The translations under genes were made by a program, and so were the position numbers. From positions 1-15,190 of the forward strand of contig JAITNO010000036.1 in the NCBI GenBank assembly GCA_031290405.1: a stretch of DNA of 15,190 bases, written 5' to 3'. This DNA is from Spirochaetaceae bacterium (GTDB taxonomy: Bacteria; Spirochaetota; Spirochaetia; Treponematales; Breznakiellaceae). Position 1 is the first letter of the stretch. Every line of letters begins with the position of its first letter. Below the pieces are notes generated by a model. That model was not told the origin of the DNA, made no database searches, and was given only the letters and a program-made list of their open reading frames with translations. Positions 15,152 through 15,190 of the stretch are shown here, in pieces.

Positions 15152-15190
15152 AACAATCTCCTCATTCCCCATCCTACCCCATCCGCCGGC

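Overview
High-GC (~65%) bacterial chromosomal window carrying ordinary housekeeping genes. Minus strand, 1..4628: nearly complete glutamate synthase large subunit (gltB), whose C-terminus runs off the window start. A 680-bp divergent intergenic region separates it from ftsH (plus strand, 5310..7187). Converging on ftsH from the minus strand are a DUF3786-like gene and an NfeD/YqiJ-like -> flotillin (SPFH) operon. Further along the plus strand lie a signal-peptide protein, a DUF58 (vWA-like) protein, an RluA-family pseudouridine synthase, and a signal-peptide beta-barrel-like outer-membrane protein. The window ends with a lower-GC (~48%) minus-strand cluster of three small toxin-antitoxin-like genes (HicB-like, BrnT/DUF497-like, unknown). 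The sequence features the gene models do not explain are two long tandem arrays of palindrome-containing repeats. Array 1 has 13 units with a ~23.5-bp period and a unit-to-unit sequence gradient, sitting among G-run/C-run palindromes between gltB and ftsH. Array 2 has 15 exact-period 21-bp units, each carrying the 14-bp palindrome TTCGTCGCGACGAA, between rluA and the OMP gene. Degenerate half-site copies of the array-2 unit reappear in the OMP 5' leader. I also see two leaderless-type promoters (ftsH and the DUF3786-like gene), an operator-like 9-7-9 inverted repeat over the OMP -35, and an in-frame 12-bp minisatellite inside gltB. There are no rRNA, tRNA, CRISPR or transposase signatures. All protein-family calls are from reading the translations by memory of family motifs; no search was run. 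Reading the 2160/2161 and 2280/2281 line boundaries against the ORF-track translations gave two compensating 1-nt offsets, so my own (non-track) coordinates may be off by 1-2 nt.
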